A DNA stretch of 64,000 nucleotides from Clostridia bacterium (GCA_045589295.1 JAZNOU010000013.1:35232-99231), one strand, 5' to 3'. Counted from the stretch's first letter, positions 52,110 through 62,598 are shown. Notes: generated from the sequence alone by a model not told the origin. Translations and numbers: made by a program.

Positions 52110-53018
52110 CTATTCAAATAGTGCAGAAACAAACTCATTGCTTACAAATGGTTGCAGGTCATCTTTTTGTTCGCCTACACCAATAAATTTTACAGGAATT
52201 TTCTGTGTGTTGCAAAGGCTGATTACAACACCGCCTTTTGCTGTCCCATCAAGCTTTGTGAGAACAAGTCCAGTAAGTCCTGTACTTTCATCAAAAAGTT
52301 TTGCCTGCGAAACCGCATTCTGTCCCGTTGTTGCATCTAATACAAGCAAAATCTCTTTATCTGCACCCGGCAATTCCCTGTCGATTATTCTTATTATTTT
52401 AGCAAGCTCTTCCATAAGATTTTTCTTTGTGTGAAGTCTTCCTGCCGTATCGCAAATAACAAGGTCTGCCCCTCTGTTCTTTGCAGCCGTTACTGCATCA
52501 AAAATAACTGCACCGGGGTCTGCGCCCTCGGTATGTTTTATAATCTCACATTCTGCACGCTTTGCCCAAATATCAAGTTGTTCTGCTGCGGCAGCTCTAA
52601 ATGTATCACCTGCAGCCAAAATCACCTTTTTACCTACGCCTGTATAATATGTCGCCATTTTACCTATTGTAGTTGTCTTACCAACGCCGTTAACACCTAC
52701 AACAACAATAACAGATGGTTTTGTAGAGATGTTCATACTATTATCATTTTCATCTAAAATAGCACAAATTACATTTGAAAGTTCCTGTTTTACAAGTTCG
52801 GGATCTGTGATACCTTTTTTCTTTACATTTGCTCTCAAATCGTCAAGTATTCTTTCTGTTGTTTCAAATCCGACATCGGCCATTATAAGGAGTTCCTCCA
52901 ACTCCTCAAAAAGCTCCTCGTCAATTTTTGTAAATGCAGAAAAAAGTGTATTCACCTTGTCAGAAAACCCCTCTTTTGTTTTCTGAAGTCCCGTTTTTAA
53001 TCTGTCAAAAAATCCCAT
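52110..53018 (-). CDS. ftsY: SRP receptor FtsY
   Basis: [22 protein letters not shown] and [10 protein letters not shown] motifs. Confidence 0.98.
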   Translation of the reverse strand: MGFFDRLKTGLQKTKEGFSDKVNTLFSAFTKIDEELFEELEELLIMADVGFETTERILDDLRANVKKKGITDPELVKQELSNVICAILDENDNSMNISTKPSVIVVVGVNGVGKTTTIGKMATYYTGVGKKVILAAGDTFRAAAAEQLDIWAKRAECEIIKHTEGADPGAVIFDAVTAAKNRGADLVICDTAGRLHTKKNLMEELAKIIRIIDRELPGADKEILLVLDATTGQNAVSQAKLFDESTGLTGLVLTKLDGTAKGGVVISLCNTQKIPVKFIGVGEQKDDLQPFVSNEFVSALFE

Positions 53019-53026
53019 ATTATCTC

Positions 53027-56000
53027 CTAGTTGATATTTTTAAGTACATTTTTTTCAACTTCATCAATGTTGAGTTTAAGCAACTTTGAAACGCCCTTTT
53101 GTTGCATTGTAACACCATAAAGCACATCGCAAGCTTCCATTGTGCCACGTCGGTGAGTAATTATTGCAAACTGCGAACGCTCACTCATTTTTCTTAAATA
53201 CTGAGCAAATCTTAAAACATTTACGTCATCAAGTGCAGCTTCGATTTCATCAAACACGCACACAGGTGACGGTCTTACCTCTAAAAGTGAGAACAAAAGT
53301 GCAATCGCAATAATTGCCTTTTCACCACCTGAAAAAAGTGTCATATTCTGAAGCTTTTTCCCTGGAGGCTGTGCATGTATTTCAACTCCTGAAGACAAAA
53401 CATTATCCTCATCTGTTAAAACAAGCTCTGCAGTGCCTCCCATAAAAAGTTCTTTAAATACTTTTGAAAATGTTTTGTTTATTATCTCAATCTGAGCTTT
53501 AAACTGTTTTGTCATAAGTTGTTCTATATCGGTAATAACACTTTCTAAAGTTTCTTTCGCATTGATAAGGTCATCTCTTTGCGCTGACAAAAATTCATAT
53601 CTTTCTTTTGTCTGAGAATATTCTTCAATTGCCCCTACATTTACATTTCCAAGTGCTTTTATTGAATTTTTAATTGAGTTTACTTGTCTTTGTGTCTCAG
53701 AGAAATTTTCAACCTCTGTTTTATTCTCAGATGCGGAAATATATGTAAGTTCATAGTCTTCCCAAAGCTTTTGGTTAATTCCGTCAATATCTGAGTTTTG
53801 CTTGTCAATTTTTTCTTCTATTCTTGTTTGCTCTTTAGCAAGGAAAATAAGATTTTCATTTAATGATTTTACCTGCTCCGCTATATTGGTAAGCTTTAAC
53901 GAGATGTCATTTCTATCGCCTTTGATTTTCTCGATATTTTGTTCAGTTTCAACAATCAAAGTGTTTTTGTTTTCAATCTCTTGTCTGATTGAAAGAATTT
54001 TTTTGTCAATCTCGCTGTCTTTCCCACCTGAGCCTTCAATCTCTGCCTGCCTTTTAGAAATTTCTTCGTTATTTGCTTTTATTTTAACGTCATTTGTAAG
54101 AATTTCCTGATTAATAAGCAAAATATCATTTTCATTTTCACTTACTTCAATAGTAAGTCTCATAATTTCTGAACTTAATCTTCTTACCTTATCAGAATTT
54201 TCTGTGTTTTGCTCCTGCACACTTTCAATTTTTTGTTTAAGACTTTCAATTTGAGCTGTAATCTCACTTTGCGATTTTTCATATTCATCGCATTCCGCCT
54301 TATATTTTTTTATGAGTTCTTTTTCTGTTTCATACTGTGCTTCTGACTGTTTGATTTCTTCATAGTAAGTTTGTGCAGTCTTCAAGTAATTATCATAATT
54401 ATACTGCGACTTATAAATTTCGTTGTCAATAAGGGAAAGCTTTGTGGCAATATCCTGATTTTCTCTCTTTTTGCTCTCAAGTGTTTCTTCTGCTGTTTGC
54501 TTATCTTCTACAAGTTTATTGTACCTTTGCGATTTTTCTTTGATCTTTTCAGAAATCGCAGTAATCTTTGCCCCTCTAGATAAAAAGCTAATGTTCTTAT
54601 TAACGCTACCTCCTGTAATAGCACCGCCGGCATTAAATACTTCGCCCTCTAATGTTACAAGTTTATATTTAGCATTTGTTTTTCTTGCAAACAAGATTGC
54701 ATTATCAACATTGTCAACAACAATAATTCTTCCTAGCTGGTCATTTATTACAGGCGCAAACTTTTCTTCATATTCAACAAGGTCTGACGCAATACTGATA
54801 TATCCGTCTAAAGACTTAAACTCACTATCGTCAAGTTTTTTACCTTTAACCGCTTTAATAGGCACAAAAGTTGCTCTTCCGCCTCTTGTGTTTTTTAAAT
54901 ATTCAATTGCCGCCTTTGCATCATTTTCATCTTCTGTTACGATATTTTGCAAATTGTTACCTAGTGCCGTTTCAACAGAAACTGCATACTTTGCAGGAAC
55001 GCTTAAAAGTTTTGACAACGTTCCATAAATTTTGTTTTTTGAAAGGCTTCCGCTCTTATGCTCTTTTATAACAGATTTAACGCTATATGCATATCCTTCC
55101 ATATCGCGTTCTAAATCTTCAAGCATTTTCTTTTCTGAAACTGCGTTGTTTAATTCAACCACAACTTCGTTCAAAATATTATTAAGGTGCGTTAAATTCT
55201 TTTCGCACTCATTAATTTCTTTTTGTTTTTCTTCAGATGTTTTTTGTGTTTGATTTTTACTGTCAGTTAAACGTTCTAATGAATTTTTCTCATTTTCTGC
55301 CCTTTTTGCATAAATTTCAGCATCTTCTTTTTTCAGTTCAATGTCATCATTAAAATCCTGAAATTTATTTTCGAGTGAATTGATTTCACTTTTTTTAGCA
55401 GCAAGCAAAAGATTAATCTCTGACAGCTGTTGATAAGCCAAAACAACATCCTGATTGCATTTTTCGATAATCTGGGCATCTTCACCCACTCTGTTTTCGA
55501 GGCTGCTGTAGTTTTTATCAAGCTCCGTTTTTTCTTGTTTCAAAGTTTCTGCTTTAAGCTTTAAAACTTCAAGTTCAGAATTTTTAATTTCTATTTGCTT
55601 TGATAGTTCTTCGTTATCAGACTGCAATGTTTTTATATCAGCCTCAAGTCTTGCTTTATTTTCATTAGAAAAACTTCTGCTGTTTTCCAGCAAAATTATA
55701 TTATTTTCAAATTCTGAAATTTCATTTTTAATTTCATAAAGCCTTTTGAGTTGTTCTTCCTGAAAAAGTTCTTTTTCTTCAGATGTTTTTCTTAAAGTTT
55801 CACTTTGTGTTTCATATTCAGCAATTCTTTTGTTGGTATCTTCGATATCATTAGCATTGGTTTTTAAGTTTGCCTGAGATTTTTCAAGCATAGCTTTTAA
55901 TCTGTCAATCGAATTAACCAACAGATTTATTTCTATATCTTTAAGCTCTTCTTTTAAACGCAAAAATTCTTTTGCTTTTTGTGACTGTTCCTTTAAAGGC

Positions 56001-56608
56001 TCAATTCTTGTTTCTATCTCTGATATAAGATCTAAAAGTCTTACTAAATTCTCCTCTGTCTGCTGCATTTTCTTTTCAGATTCTTGCTTTCTGTACTTAT
56101 ACTTTGAAATTCCTGCAGCTTCTTCGAATATAACACGTCTTTCTTCAGGTTTTTGTGAAATAATTTCATCAATTTTACCCTGTCCTACAACAGAATAACC
56201 ATCTCTACCCATACCAGTGTCCATTAAAAGTTCGTGAATATCTCTGAGGCGACATGATGTTTTATTGATATAATATTCACTTTCACCCGATCTGAAATAT
56301 CTTCTTGTGATTAAAACCTCATCATATTCAATTTTAAAAATCTTTTGCGAATTATCAAAGCACAAAGAAACTTCTGCAAAGCCAACAGGCTTGCGTTCTA
56401 CAGTTCCTGAAAAAATAACATCTTCCATTTTGCCGCCACGCAAGCTTTTAATACTTTGTTCGCCCATTACCCAACGGATAGCATCTGAAATGTTACTTTT
56501 TCCGCTTCCATTAGGTCCTACGATACCCGTTATTCCTTTGTTAAATTCGATCTTCACTCTTTCAGGGAAAGATTTAAAACCACATACCTCGAGATACTTT
56601 AAAAACAA
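53027..56608 (-). CDS. smc: Chromosome segregation protein SMC
   Basis: GPNGSGKSN, coiled coils, hinge, FSGGEK and DEIEAALD motifs. Confidence 0.98.
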   Translation of the reverse strand: MFLKYLEVCGFKSFPERVKIEFNKGITGIVGPNGSGKSNISDAIRWVMGEQSIKSLRGGKMEDVIFSGTVERKPVGFAEVSLCFDNSQKIFKIEYDEVLITRRYFRSGESEYYINKTSCRLRDIHELLMDTGMGRDGYSVVGQGKIDEIISQKPEERRVIFEEAAGISKYKYRKQESEKKMQQTEENLVRLLDLISEIETRIEPLKEQSQKAKEFLRLKEELKDIEINLLVNSIDRLKAMLEKSQANLKTNANDIEDTNKRIAEYETQSETLRKTSEEKELFQEEQLKRLYEIKNEISEFENNIILLENSRSFSNENKARLEADIKTLQSDNEELSKQIEIKNSELEVLKLKAETLKQEKTELDKNYSSLENRVGEDAQIIEKCNQDVVLAYQQLSEINLLLAAKKSEINSLENKFQDFNDDIELKKEDAEIYAKRAENEKNSLERLTDSKNQTQKTSEEKQKEINECEKNLTHLNNILNEVVVELNNAVSEKKMLEDLERDMEGYAYSVKSVIKEHKSGSLSKNKIYGTLSKLLSVPAKYAVSVETALGNNLQNIVTEDENDAKAAIEYLKNTRGGRATFVPIKAVKGKKLDDSEFKSLDGYISIASDLVEYEEKFAPVINDQLGRIIVVDNVDNAILFARKTNAKYKLVTLEGEVFNAGGAITGGSVNKNISFLSRGAKITAISEKIKEKSQRYNKLVEDKQTAEETLESKKRENQDIATKLSLIDNEIYKSQYNYDNYLKTAQTYYEEIKQSEAQYETEKELIKKYKAECDEYEKSQSEITAQIESLKQKIESVQEQNTENSDKVRRLSSEIMRLTIEVSENENDILLINQEILTNDVKIKANNEEISKRQAEIEGSGGKDSEIDKKILSIRQEIENKNTLIVETEQNIEKIKGDRNDISLKLTNIAEQVKSLNENLIFLAKEQTRIEEKIDKQNSDIDGINQKLWEDYELTYISASENKTEVENFSETQRQVNSIKNSIKALGNVNVGAIEEYSQTKERYEFLSAQRDDLINAKETLESVITDIEQLMTKQFKAQIEIINKTFSKVFKELFMGGTAELVLTDEDNVLSSGVEIHAQPPGKKLQNMTLFSGGEKAIIAIALLFSLLEVRPSPVCVFDEIEAALDDVNVLRFAQYLRKMSERSQFAIITHRRGTMEACDVLYGVTMQQKGVSKLLKLNIDEVEKNVLKNIN

Positions 56609-57288
56609 ATTTCCACCCCAAATTTACCAAGTGCGTCTTTGGCAGCATCTTGTTCTGCATGTTTTTTAGTTGTGTTTATTCCTTTGCCTACACACTTATC
56701 ATTAACAAGCGCCTCAACCTCATAGCTTTTTTCATGGTCAGGGCCGCTCTCTTTTACAATAACATACCTTACACTTTTATGTTCTTTTTGCAAGTATTCC
56801 TGTAAAACCGTTTTGAAATCGCAGTACAGGACCTCGGGTTTTTCGTACATTTCCTGTTTGATAATGCTGTCAAGCCAGTTTTTTGCCGCAGTAAACCCAC
56901 CGTCTTTGAAAATTGCTGCAACCATCGCCTCAAAACAGTCAGAAAGAACAGACGCTCTTTCATTGCCCTGCACCATTTTTTCGCTATGCCCCAGCAAAAT
57001 AAAATCACCGAGATTAATCTCCCTTGCCAAAATTGCAAGACTCTCTTCTCTTACTATTGCTGCACGCATTTTGGATAAAACACCCTCATCAACATCTTTA
57101 TGTATATCATAGAGTCTTTCTGAAACTATCATATCCAAAATTGCATCGCCTAAAAATTCCATTCTTTCATTTGAAACTGCATCTTTATTCTCATTAGAAT
57201 AAGAACTGTGACACAGTGCATTAAATGCAAGTGATTTGTCTTTAAAAGTGTACTTGATATTTTTTTCTAATTCCGTGAAGTTAAACAT
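56599..57288 (-). CDS. rnc: Ribonuclease III
   Basis: NERMEFLGD and DCFEA motifs; dsRBD. Confidence 0.97.
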   Translation of the reverse strand: MFNFTELEKNIKYTFKDKSLAFNALCHSSYSNENKDAVSNERMEFLGDAILDMIVSERLYDIHKDVDEGVLSKMRAAIVREESLAILAREINLGDFILLGHSEKMVQGNERASVLSDCFEAMVAAIFKDGGFTAAKNWLDSIIKQEMYEKPEVLYCDFKTVLQEYLQKEHKSVRYVIVKESGPDHEKSYEVEALVNDKCVGKGINTTKKHAEQDAAKDALGKFGVEICF

Positions 57289-57321
57289 AATAAGTCCTCT
57301 TGTTTTGTCTGATAGTATTAT

Positions 57322-57549
57322 TTACGCATTTTTATTGATATAATCAACAACATCAGCAATAGTTTTAATTTTATCTGCTGAATCTTCATCAAATTCTATA
57401 TCATACTCTTCTTCAAGCATAATAATTAAATCAACCAAATCAAGAGAATCAATGTTAAGGTCCTCAACAAAACGAGCTTCCATTGCAATTTTTTCTTCTT
57501 CAACACCTGCGTGTTCAATTAATGCACTTTTAATTTTTTCGTAAATCAT
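57322..57549 (-). CDS. acpP: Acyl carrier protein
   Basis: DLNIDSLD motif; acidic, 75 aa. Confidence 0.95.
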   Translation of the reverse strand: MIYEKIKSALIEHAGVEEEKIAMEARFVEDLNIDSLDLVDLIIMLEEEYDIEFDEDSADKIKTIADVVDYINKNA

Positions 57550-57561
57550 TTTTTCTCTCCT

Positions 57562-58080
57562 TTATTTCATTAATACATCTTTATATTTAACAATATAACT
57601 TACTCCTGAAAAGAATGTTAAAGCAACACTTATGTAGAATAAAACAAATGCAGTTGTTGCCCAAATTCCCCCAAATCCAAGAAGCAGCATTGTTATTGAA
57701 ACCATTTGCGTAATTGTTTTAATCTTTCCAAACCCGTCTGCTGCAATAACAACATTTTGTGAAGCCGCAGACATACGAAGACCTGAAACAATAAACTCTC
57801 TTGCAAGAACAATTATAACTGCCCATGCAGGTACAACACTTATTTCCATAAGACATGCAAGTGCTGAAACTACAAGAATTTTATCAGCAATAGGGTCTGC
57901 AAATTTACCAAAATTTGTAATTTCATTTCTTTTTCTTGCCAAGTACCCGTCAAGCATATCGGTAAGAGAAGCTACCACAAAAACAACTGTTGCCGCAATG
58001 TATAAACCCAGCATCATAAGCACGACAAAAATCGGCACCATAATAATTCTCAAGATTGTAAGTTTGTTAGAAATTGTCAT
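57562..58080 (-). CDS. pgsA: CDP-diacylglycerol-glycerol-3-phosphate 3-phosphatidyltransferase
   Basis: TDMLDGYLAR...FG...DPIADK motif; ATG at 58080 after AGGAG. Confidence 0.95.
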   Translation of the reverse strand: MTISNKLTILRIIMVPIFVVLMMLGLYIAATVVFVVASLTDMLDGYLARKRNEITNFGKFADPIADKILVVSALACLMEISVVPAWAVIIVLAREFIVSGLRMSAASQNVVIAADGFGKIKTITQMVSITMLLLGFGGIWATTAFVLFYISVALTFFSGVSYIVKYKDVLMK

Positions 58081-58093
58081 AATAACACTCCTT

Positions 58094-59416
58094 TTAAATA
58101 AGTTCGCCAATCATATCGCAGTCAATATAATCAACAAATTTAACGTCTTTAAATTCGCCGTCTTTTATATCTGTTTCTGATTTAAAAAACACCTTAGGGT
58201 CAACATCTATTGAATCAGCGTAAGTTCTTCCGTAGTACATTTTTAGAACTTTGTCTTTACCCTCAACCAAAACCTTTGCTTTTTGACCAATTTTTTCTTG
58301 ATTTTTCTGTTCAATAATTTCTATTAAGAGTTCTTCTAATTTGCTCTTTCTGTCAAGCTTTATATCTTCATCAATTTGATTTTCAAATTTAGCTGCAGGT
58401 GTTGTTTCTTCTCTTGAATAGGCAAAGACACCTACCCTGTCAAGCTCAAACTCTTTTAAGAAATCATAAAGCTCGTAAAAATCTCCATCAGTTTCACCTG
58501 GGAACCCCACAATAAGCGACGTTCTTATAACTGCCCCTGCAACATTTTTTCTTATTTTTGAAATAAGTTCTTTAATTTGTGCTTTAGTTGTTCTTCTTGC
58601 CATTTTTTTCAAAACGCCATCCGAAATATGCTGAAGAGGAATGTCAAAATATTTAACAAGCTTATCGTTAACTTTAAATTCTTCGATAAGCTCATCGGTT
58701 ACACCCTCGGGATAAAGGTAGTGAACTCTTATCCACTCTAACCCTTTAAGTTCTGAAAGCTTTCTTATAAGCTCTGCCAAGTAACTTCTGCCATATAAAT
58801 CTTTACCATAGCACGATGTGTCCTGAGCAATTAAAACAAGCTCTTTTACCCCATTTTTAACCAAAGTTTCTGCCTCAGATATTATGTTTTGCATTTCGCG
58901 GCTTCTGTATTTACCCCTAATTTTAGGAATAACACAATATGTACAATGATTTGAACAACCTTCTGCGATTTTTAAGTAGGCTGTATAAGGCGGTGTTGCT
59001 AAAATTCTATCAGTTGTGTCAAGGCAGGCGTACTCTGCACCTTTAATATAAGCTCCCCTTTTTTGCTTAACTTTTTCAACAACATCAACTATATTATCAA
59101 AATCACCCGTGCCACAAACACCATCTACCTCAGGAAGTTCAGCCAAAACCTCCTCACTGAAACGTTCACCAACGCACCCAGCTACAATCAGAAGTTTTAA
59201 CTTTGCATCTTTTTTAAGGTCGGCAAGGTCTAAAATCGTGTCAATTGACTCCTGCTTTGCACTGTCAATAAATGCACAGGTGTTTACAATTATAATCTCG
59301 GCTTGTCTTTCATTGTAGGTAATTTCATATCCCGCTTTTTCAAGACGGGCAAGCATTACTTCCGCATCTGTAAGATTTTTTGCACAACCGAGTGAAATAA
59401 CAGATACTTTTTCCAA
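58094..59416 (-). CDS. rimO: Ribosomal protein S12 methylthiotransferase
   Basis: SLGCAKN, NTCAFI..AK.ESI, EGCSNHCTYC, YLYP and IVGFPGET motifs; TRAM domain. Confidence 0.95.
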   Translation of the reverse strand: MEKVSVISLGCAKNLTDAEVMLARLEKAGYEITYNERQAEIIIVNTCAFIDSAKQESIDTILDLADLKKDAKLKLLIVAGCVGERFSEEVLAELPEVDGVCGTGDFDNIVDVVEKVKQKRGAYIKGAEYACLDTTDRILATPPYTAYLKIAEGCSNHCTYCVIPKIRGKYRSREMQNIISEAETLVKNGVKELVLIAQDTSCYGKDLYGRSYLAELIRKLSELKGLEWIRVHYLYPEGVTDELIEEFKVNDKLVKYFDIPLQHISDGVLKKMARRTTKAQIKELISKIRKNVAGAVIRTSLIVGFPGETDGDFYELYDFLKEFELDRVGVFAYSREETTPAAKFENQIDEDIKLDRKSKLEELLIEIIEQKNQEKIGQKAKVLVEGKDKVLKMYYGRTYADSIDVDPKVFFKSETDIKDGEFKDVKFVDYIDCDMIGELI

Positions 59417-59428
59417 AAAACTCTCTCC

Positions 59429-60040
59429 TTAAAAATCATCTCTCATTTTGTTTAAAACACTTGCTATCTGCTCATATTCAAAACCTTTTGAAAGAAAATA
59501 TCTTACTGTTTTTGAATACTCTTTAACATCAAGTTCTTTTCCTGCAATACGTTTTTTTATAAGCTCTTCAAGCGTATCACTGTTTTCAACTCCCGCTACG
59601 GCATTTTCAATTACATCTGCACTTACACCTTTATTTTTAAGTTCAAAAGCAAGTTTTTTTATACCATACTTCTTCATATAATGCTCGCAATATATTTTTG
59701 CATACGCTTCATCGTTTATATAACCATATTCCTTTAATATATCTGTAACATTATCTATTGCAGTATATGAAAAACCTTTCAATTTCATTTTGTCGCGGAT
59801 TTCTTTTTCAGTGTACATTTTTCTTGCAACCAAATCAATAGCATAGTTTTTGCACTTATCAATATCAATAATACTTTCAATTTCCGCCATTTTTTCTTCA
59901 GAAATCTCGTCACCTTTTGAAAGACGTAAATTGTAAAGGTCAAAATCGCTTATTCCAAATGCAAACTCGCCGTCAATGAACACCGAAAATCTTGAAACCG
60001 AGTTTACCTGGGGTTTTATATCAGTAATAATATTACTCAT
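59429..60040 (-). CDS. recX: RecX regulatory protein
   Basis: [16 protein letters not shown] and LSKGF motifs; overlaps the recA stop. Confidence 0.92.
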   Translation of the reverse strand: MSNIITDIKPQVNSVSRFSVFIDGEFAFGISDFDLYNLRLSKGDEISEEKMAEIESIIDIDKCKNYAIDLVARKMYTEKEIRDKMKLKGFSYTAIDNVTDILKEYGYINDEAYAKIYCEHYMKKYGIKKLAFELKNKGVSADVIENAVAGVENSDTLEELIKKRIAGKELDVKEYSKTVRYFLSKGFEYEQIASVLNKMRDDF

Positions 60041-61061
60041 CGCTATCTGATGAACCCGCAGATTTTACTTCTTGTCCCTCCATAAGGGCAGTTCTTACTC
60101 TTGATTCAATTTCCGCATAAATATCAGGATTATCTATCATAAACTGTTTTGCAGCATCTCTTCCTTGTCCCATTCTTGTTTCGCCGTATGAGAACCATGC
60201 ACCCGCTTTTGTAACAATGTCCATATCAACAGCAAAATCTAAAATTCCGCCTTCTTTTGAAATGCCTTCGCCAAATATCAAATCAAAATATGCTTCTTTA
60301 AACGGAGGAGCCACCTTATTTTTAACAACTTTTACTTTTGTTCTTGCGCCAATAACCTCTGCGCCTGATTTAATTGCTTCGCCTTTTCTAACTTCCATTC
60401 TTACAGATGAATAGAATTTAAGTGCACGACCGCCAGTTGTAACTTCAGGATTACCATAAATAACCCCAACTTTTTCACGAAGCTGGTTGATAAAGATTGC
60501 AACGGTGTTTGATTTGTTTATAATACCTGCAAGCTTTCTTAATGCTTGTGACATAAGTCTTGCATGTAAGCCAACGTGTGAATCACCCATTACACCCTCA
60601 ATTTCAGATTTTGGCACCAAAGCTGCAACTGAGTCAATAACGATTACGTCAATCGCACCGCTTCTTACCAATGCTTCTGTAATTTCAAGTGCATCTTCAC
60701 CTGTATCGGGCTGTGAAACCAAAAGATTGTCAATATCAACGCCCAAAGTTTTTGCATATTTAGGGTCAAGTGCGTGCTCTGCATCAATAAAAGCAACCTC
60801 ACCGCCTGCCTTTTGTGCTGATGCAATAATGCTTAAAGACACAGTGGTTTTACCCGATGATTCAGGTCCATAAATCTCAATAATTCTTCCTCTTGGAAGA
60901 CCACCTATACCAAGTGCTGCATCAATGCTTAAAATGCCTGTTGAAATTGCATCAACATTAAAGTGAGTATTTTCACCAAGTTTCATAACAGCACCTTTAC
61001 CATATTGCTTTTCAATGTTTTTCAGTGCCATTTCAAGTGCCTTTTGTTTTTCTGTCGACAT
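60033..61061 (-). CDS. recA: Recombinase A
   Basis: [29 protein letters not shown] and GGRALKFY motifs; no intron or intein. Confidence 0.99.
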   Translation of the reverse strand: MSTEKQKALEMALKNIEKQYGKGAVMKLGENTHFNVDAISTGILSIDAALGIGGLPRGRIIEIYGPESSGKTTVSLSIIASAQKAGGEVAFIDAEHALDPKYAKTLGVDIDNLLVSQPDTGEDALEITEALVRSGAIDVIVIDSVAALVPKSEIEGVMGDSHVGLHARLMSQALRKLAGIINKSNTVAIFINQLREKVGVIYGNPEVTTGGRALKFYSSVRMEVRKGEAIKSGAEVIGARTKVKVVKNKVAPPFKEAYFDLIFGEGISKEGGILDFAVDMDIVTKAGAWFSYGETRMGQGRDAAKQFMIDNPDIYAEIESRVRTALMEGQEVKSAGSSDSDE

Positions 61062-61099
61062 ATTTTACACCCCTTATATTTCTACTAAATTATATTTTA

Positions 61100-61280
61100 T
61101 TAAAACAGCAAATTTAACTGCAGTTTGTTTTTGGTTATATTCTACAAGTTGCCCTTTAAATTCAGTGTACAAAATCTTTGCTTTCAAGGAGATTTTCGCG
61201 ACGCCGTCAATTGATGCAGTGCTCGAAAGAGCACAAAAGAGCAAACACTCTTAAGAATTTTATAAAATAAAATTCTGTAT
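61100..61280 (-). ncRNA. Candidate structured 5' leader or sRNA upstream of recA
   Basis: At least four tandem hairpins between a consensus promoter and the recA RBS; family not recognised. Confidence 0.45.
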
Positions 61281-61286
61281 GTAACA

Positions 61287-61315
61287 ATTATACCACATTA
61301 CAGCCATTTAGTCAA
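61287..61315 (-). promoter_or_regulatory. sigma-A promoter about 220 nt upstream of recA
   Basis: TTGACT-17-TATAAT with an extended -10 TG. Confidence 0.8.
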
Positions 61316-61325
61316 TTTACAATAT

Positions 61326-61364
61326 AAAAAAGACAGGTGGCAAAATAATTACCACCTGGTCTTT
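61326..61364 (-). terminator. Terminator after the dehydrogenase gene
   Basis: AAAGAC(C)AGGTGG/CCACCTGTCTTTTTT stem with a U tract on the minus strand. Confidence 0.75.
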
Positions 61365-61380
61365 ACTACAATATCAAATA

Positions 61381-61485
61381 TTAATTTATTACTACATCTT
61401 TACCAGTTGTTTCAAAAGCACACATTGCATCTGTAACAACACCTATGTAGTTACAAACATTTGATCTTTTTGTTTTTGATATTAA
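61381..61485 (-). pseudogene. Possible 3' remnant of a deleted oxidoreductase gene
   Basis: Short open frame without an RBS-backed start, ...YIGVVTDAMCAFETTGKDVVIN*, ending just before the terminator. Resembles the C-termini of Gfo/Idh/MocA proteins. Confidence 0.3.
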
Positions 61486-61490
61486 CTATT

Positions 61491-62510
61491 TTAGTCTCTC
61501 CAGTCTAAGTGAACAGCCAAAGCCTGTGTTCTGTCTTTCATCAAAAGTTCATACATAGCAACCGCATTTTTATAGCTTTCTTTATGAGTTACCATATCTT
61601 TTAATGACAACAATTCTTTATCAAGCAGCTGAACAACATATTCTGCATCTCTCTGTGTTACCCATGGATTTGCAGGTGTAGCAACAGGTGGATGGAATGC
61701 AAGGTTGTGAGCAGCAATGATAGTTATACCCTGTGTGCTGCAATACTGGAAGTCAACCTTTGAAGGACCTTTAGGACTACTTGTTATAACAAGTCTACCA
61801 AGCTTTGTAACGCATTTTAATTCTTGTTCAACTAATGGATGATATGCAGTTGTTTCAAAAACAACATCTGCAAGGTTACCATTGTTAACCTTTTTAACAG
61901 CTTCTACAACACTTTCTTTTGAAGAATTAACTGTATAGAAACATTTATTTTTAGGAACAAAATTAAGTCTGTTATCAGAAACATCCACAACAATAACGTT
62001 AATTGCACCTGCAATCTGTGCCAAACGTGCAACAAGCTGACCTACAATACCTGCACCATAAACAACTGCAGTTTCACCCGGTCTGATTTTAGCAGCTCTT
62101 ATACTTGCAAGAGAAACAACCGCAAGAGTTTTAAATGCTGCTTCATCAGAATCAACATTTTCAGGTAAGTACACAGCACTGTCTTTACTTATAACAACAT
62201 ATTTCTGATGACGGCAAGAAGTAACTACTCTCTTACCTATTAAACTTTCATCACAGTTTTCACCTACTGCTACAATTTCTCCTACATGTGAATATCCTGG
62301 ATACATTGGAAATTCCATATAGGAACCCATATCATTCCATGCAGAATCTTCAGTAATATTCTGTTCAAGAGTTGTAAGTTCAGTTCCTGTGCTTATCTGT
62401 GTAACAATTGTTTTAACCAAGAGTTCATTTTCACCTGGTTTTGGCATTTCACATTCCTGAAGCTCAACTTTACATCTGTCTGCAAAAACAACGCAATAAT
62501 TTTTTTCCAT
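61491..62510 (-). CDS. Medium-chain dehydrogenase/reductase (zinc-ADH superfamily, ISxGTE/GYS subtype)
   Basis: ISTGTE, PGYSHVG and GAGIVG motifs; lacks the structural Zn Cys cluster. Confidence 0.88.
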   Translation of the reverse strand: MEKNYCVVFADRCKVELQECEMPKPGENELLVKTIVTQISTGTELTTLEQNITEDSAWNDMGSYMEFPMYPGYSHVGEIVAVGENCDESLIGKRVVTSCRHQKYVVISKDSAVYLPENVDSDEAAFKTLAVVSLASIRAAKIRPGETAVVYGAGIVGQLVARLAQIAGAINVIVVDVSDNRLNFVPKNKCFYTVNSSKESVVEAVKKVNNGNLADVVFETTAYHPLVEQELKCVTKLGRLVITSSPKGPSKVDFQYCSTQGITIIAAHNLAFHPPVATPANPWVTQRDAEYVVQLLDKELLSLKDMVTHKESYKNAVAMYELLMKDRTQALAVHLDWRD

Positions 62511-62598
62511 AACAATTACCTCCTGTTATTATCTTAGTTAAGTCTAACATCTGCAAATTTCAAATTCAAGAAATTAATTAATATAAAGTGGAATTTTT

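Noticed and set aside
53700-56050. Low-complexity, repetitive-looking T-rich DNA
   Set aside because: Explained by the Glu/Lys/Gln-rich coiled coils of SMC
61074-61150. ATTTCTACTAA and TTCTACAAG resemble the Cas12a repeat handle
   Set aside because: No complementary GTAGA arm, only two degenerate copies, and no cas genes, so not a CRISPR array
61015-61254. 79-aa + strand ORF across the recA leader
   Set aside because: Starts antisense within recA with no RBS and no protein-like features; the hairpins explain the region better
61211-61256. Hammerhead-like arrangement on the + strand (UUGAUGCA, stem with GAAA loop, AAAA, stem, UUA)
   Set aside because: The core differs from CUGANGA/GAAA at essential positions and no stem I can be formed
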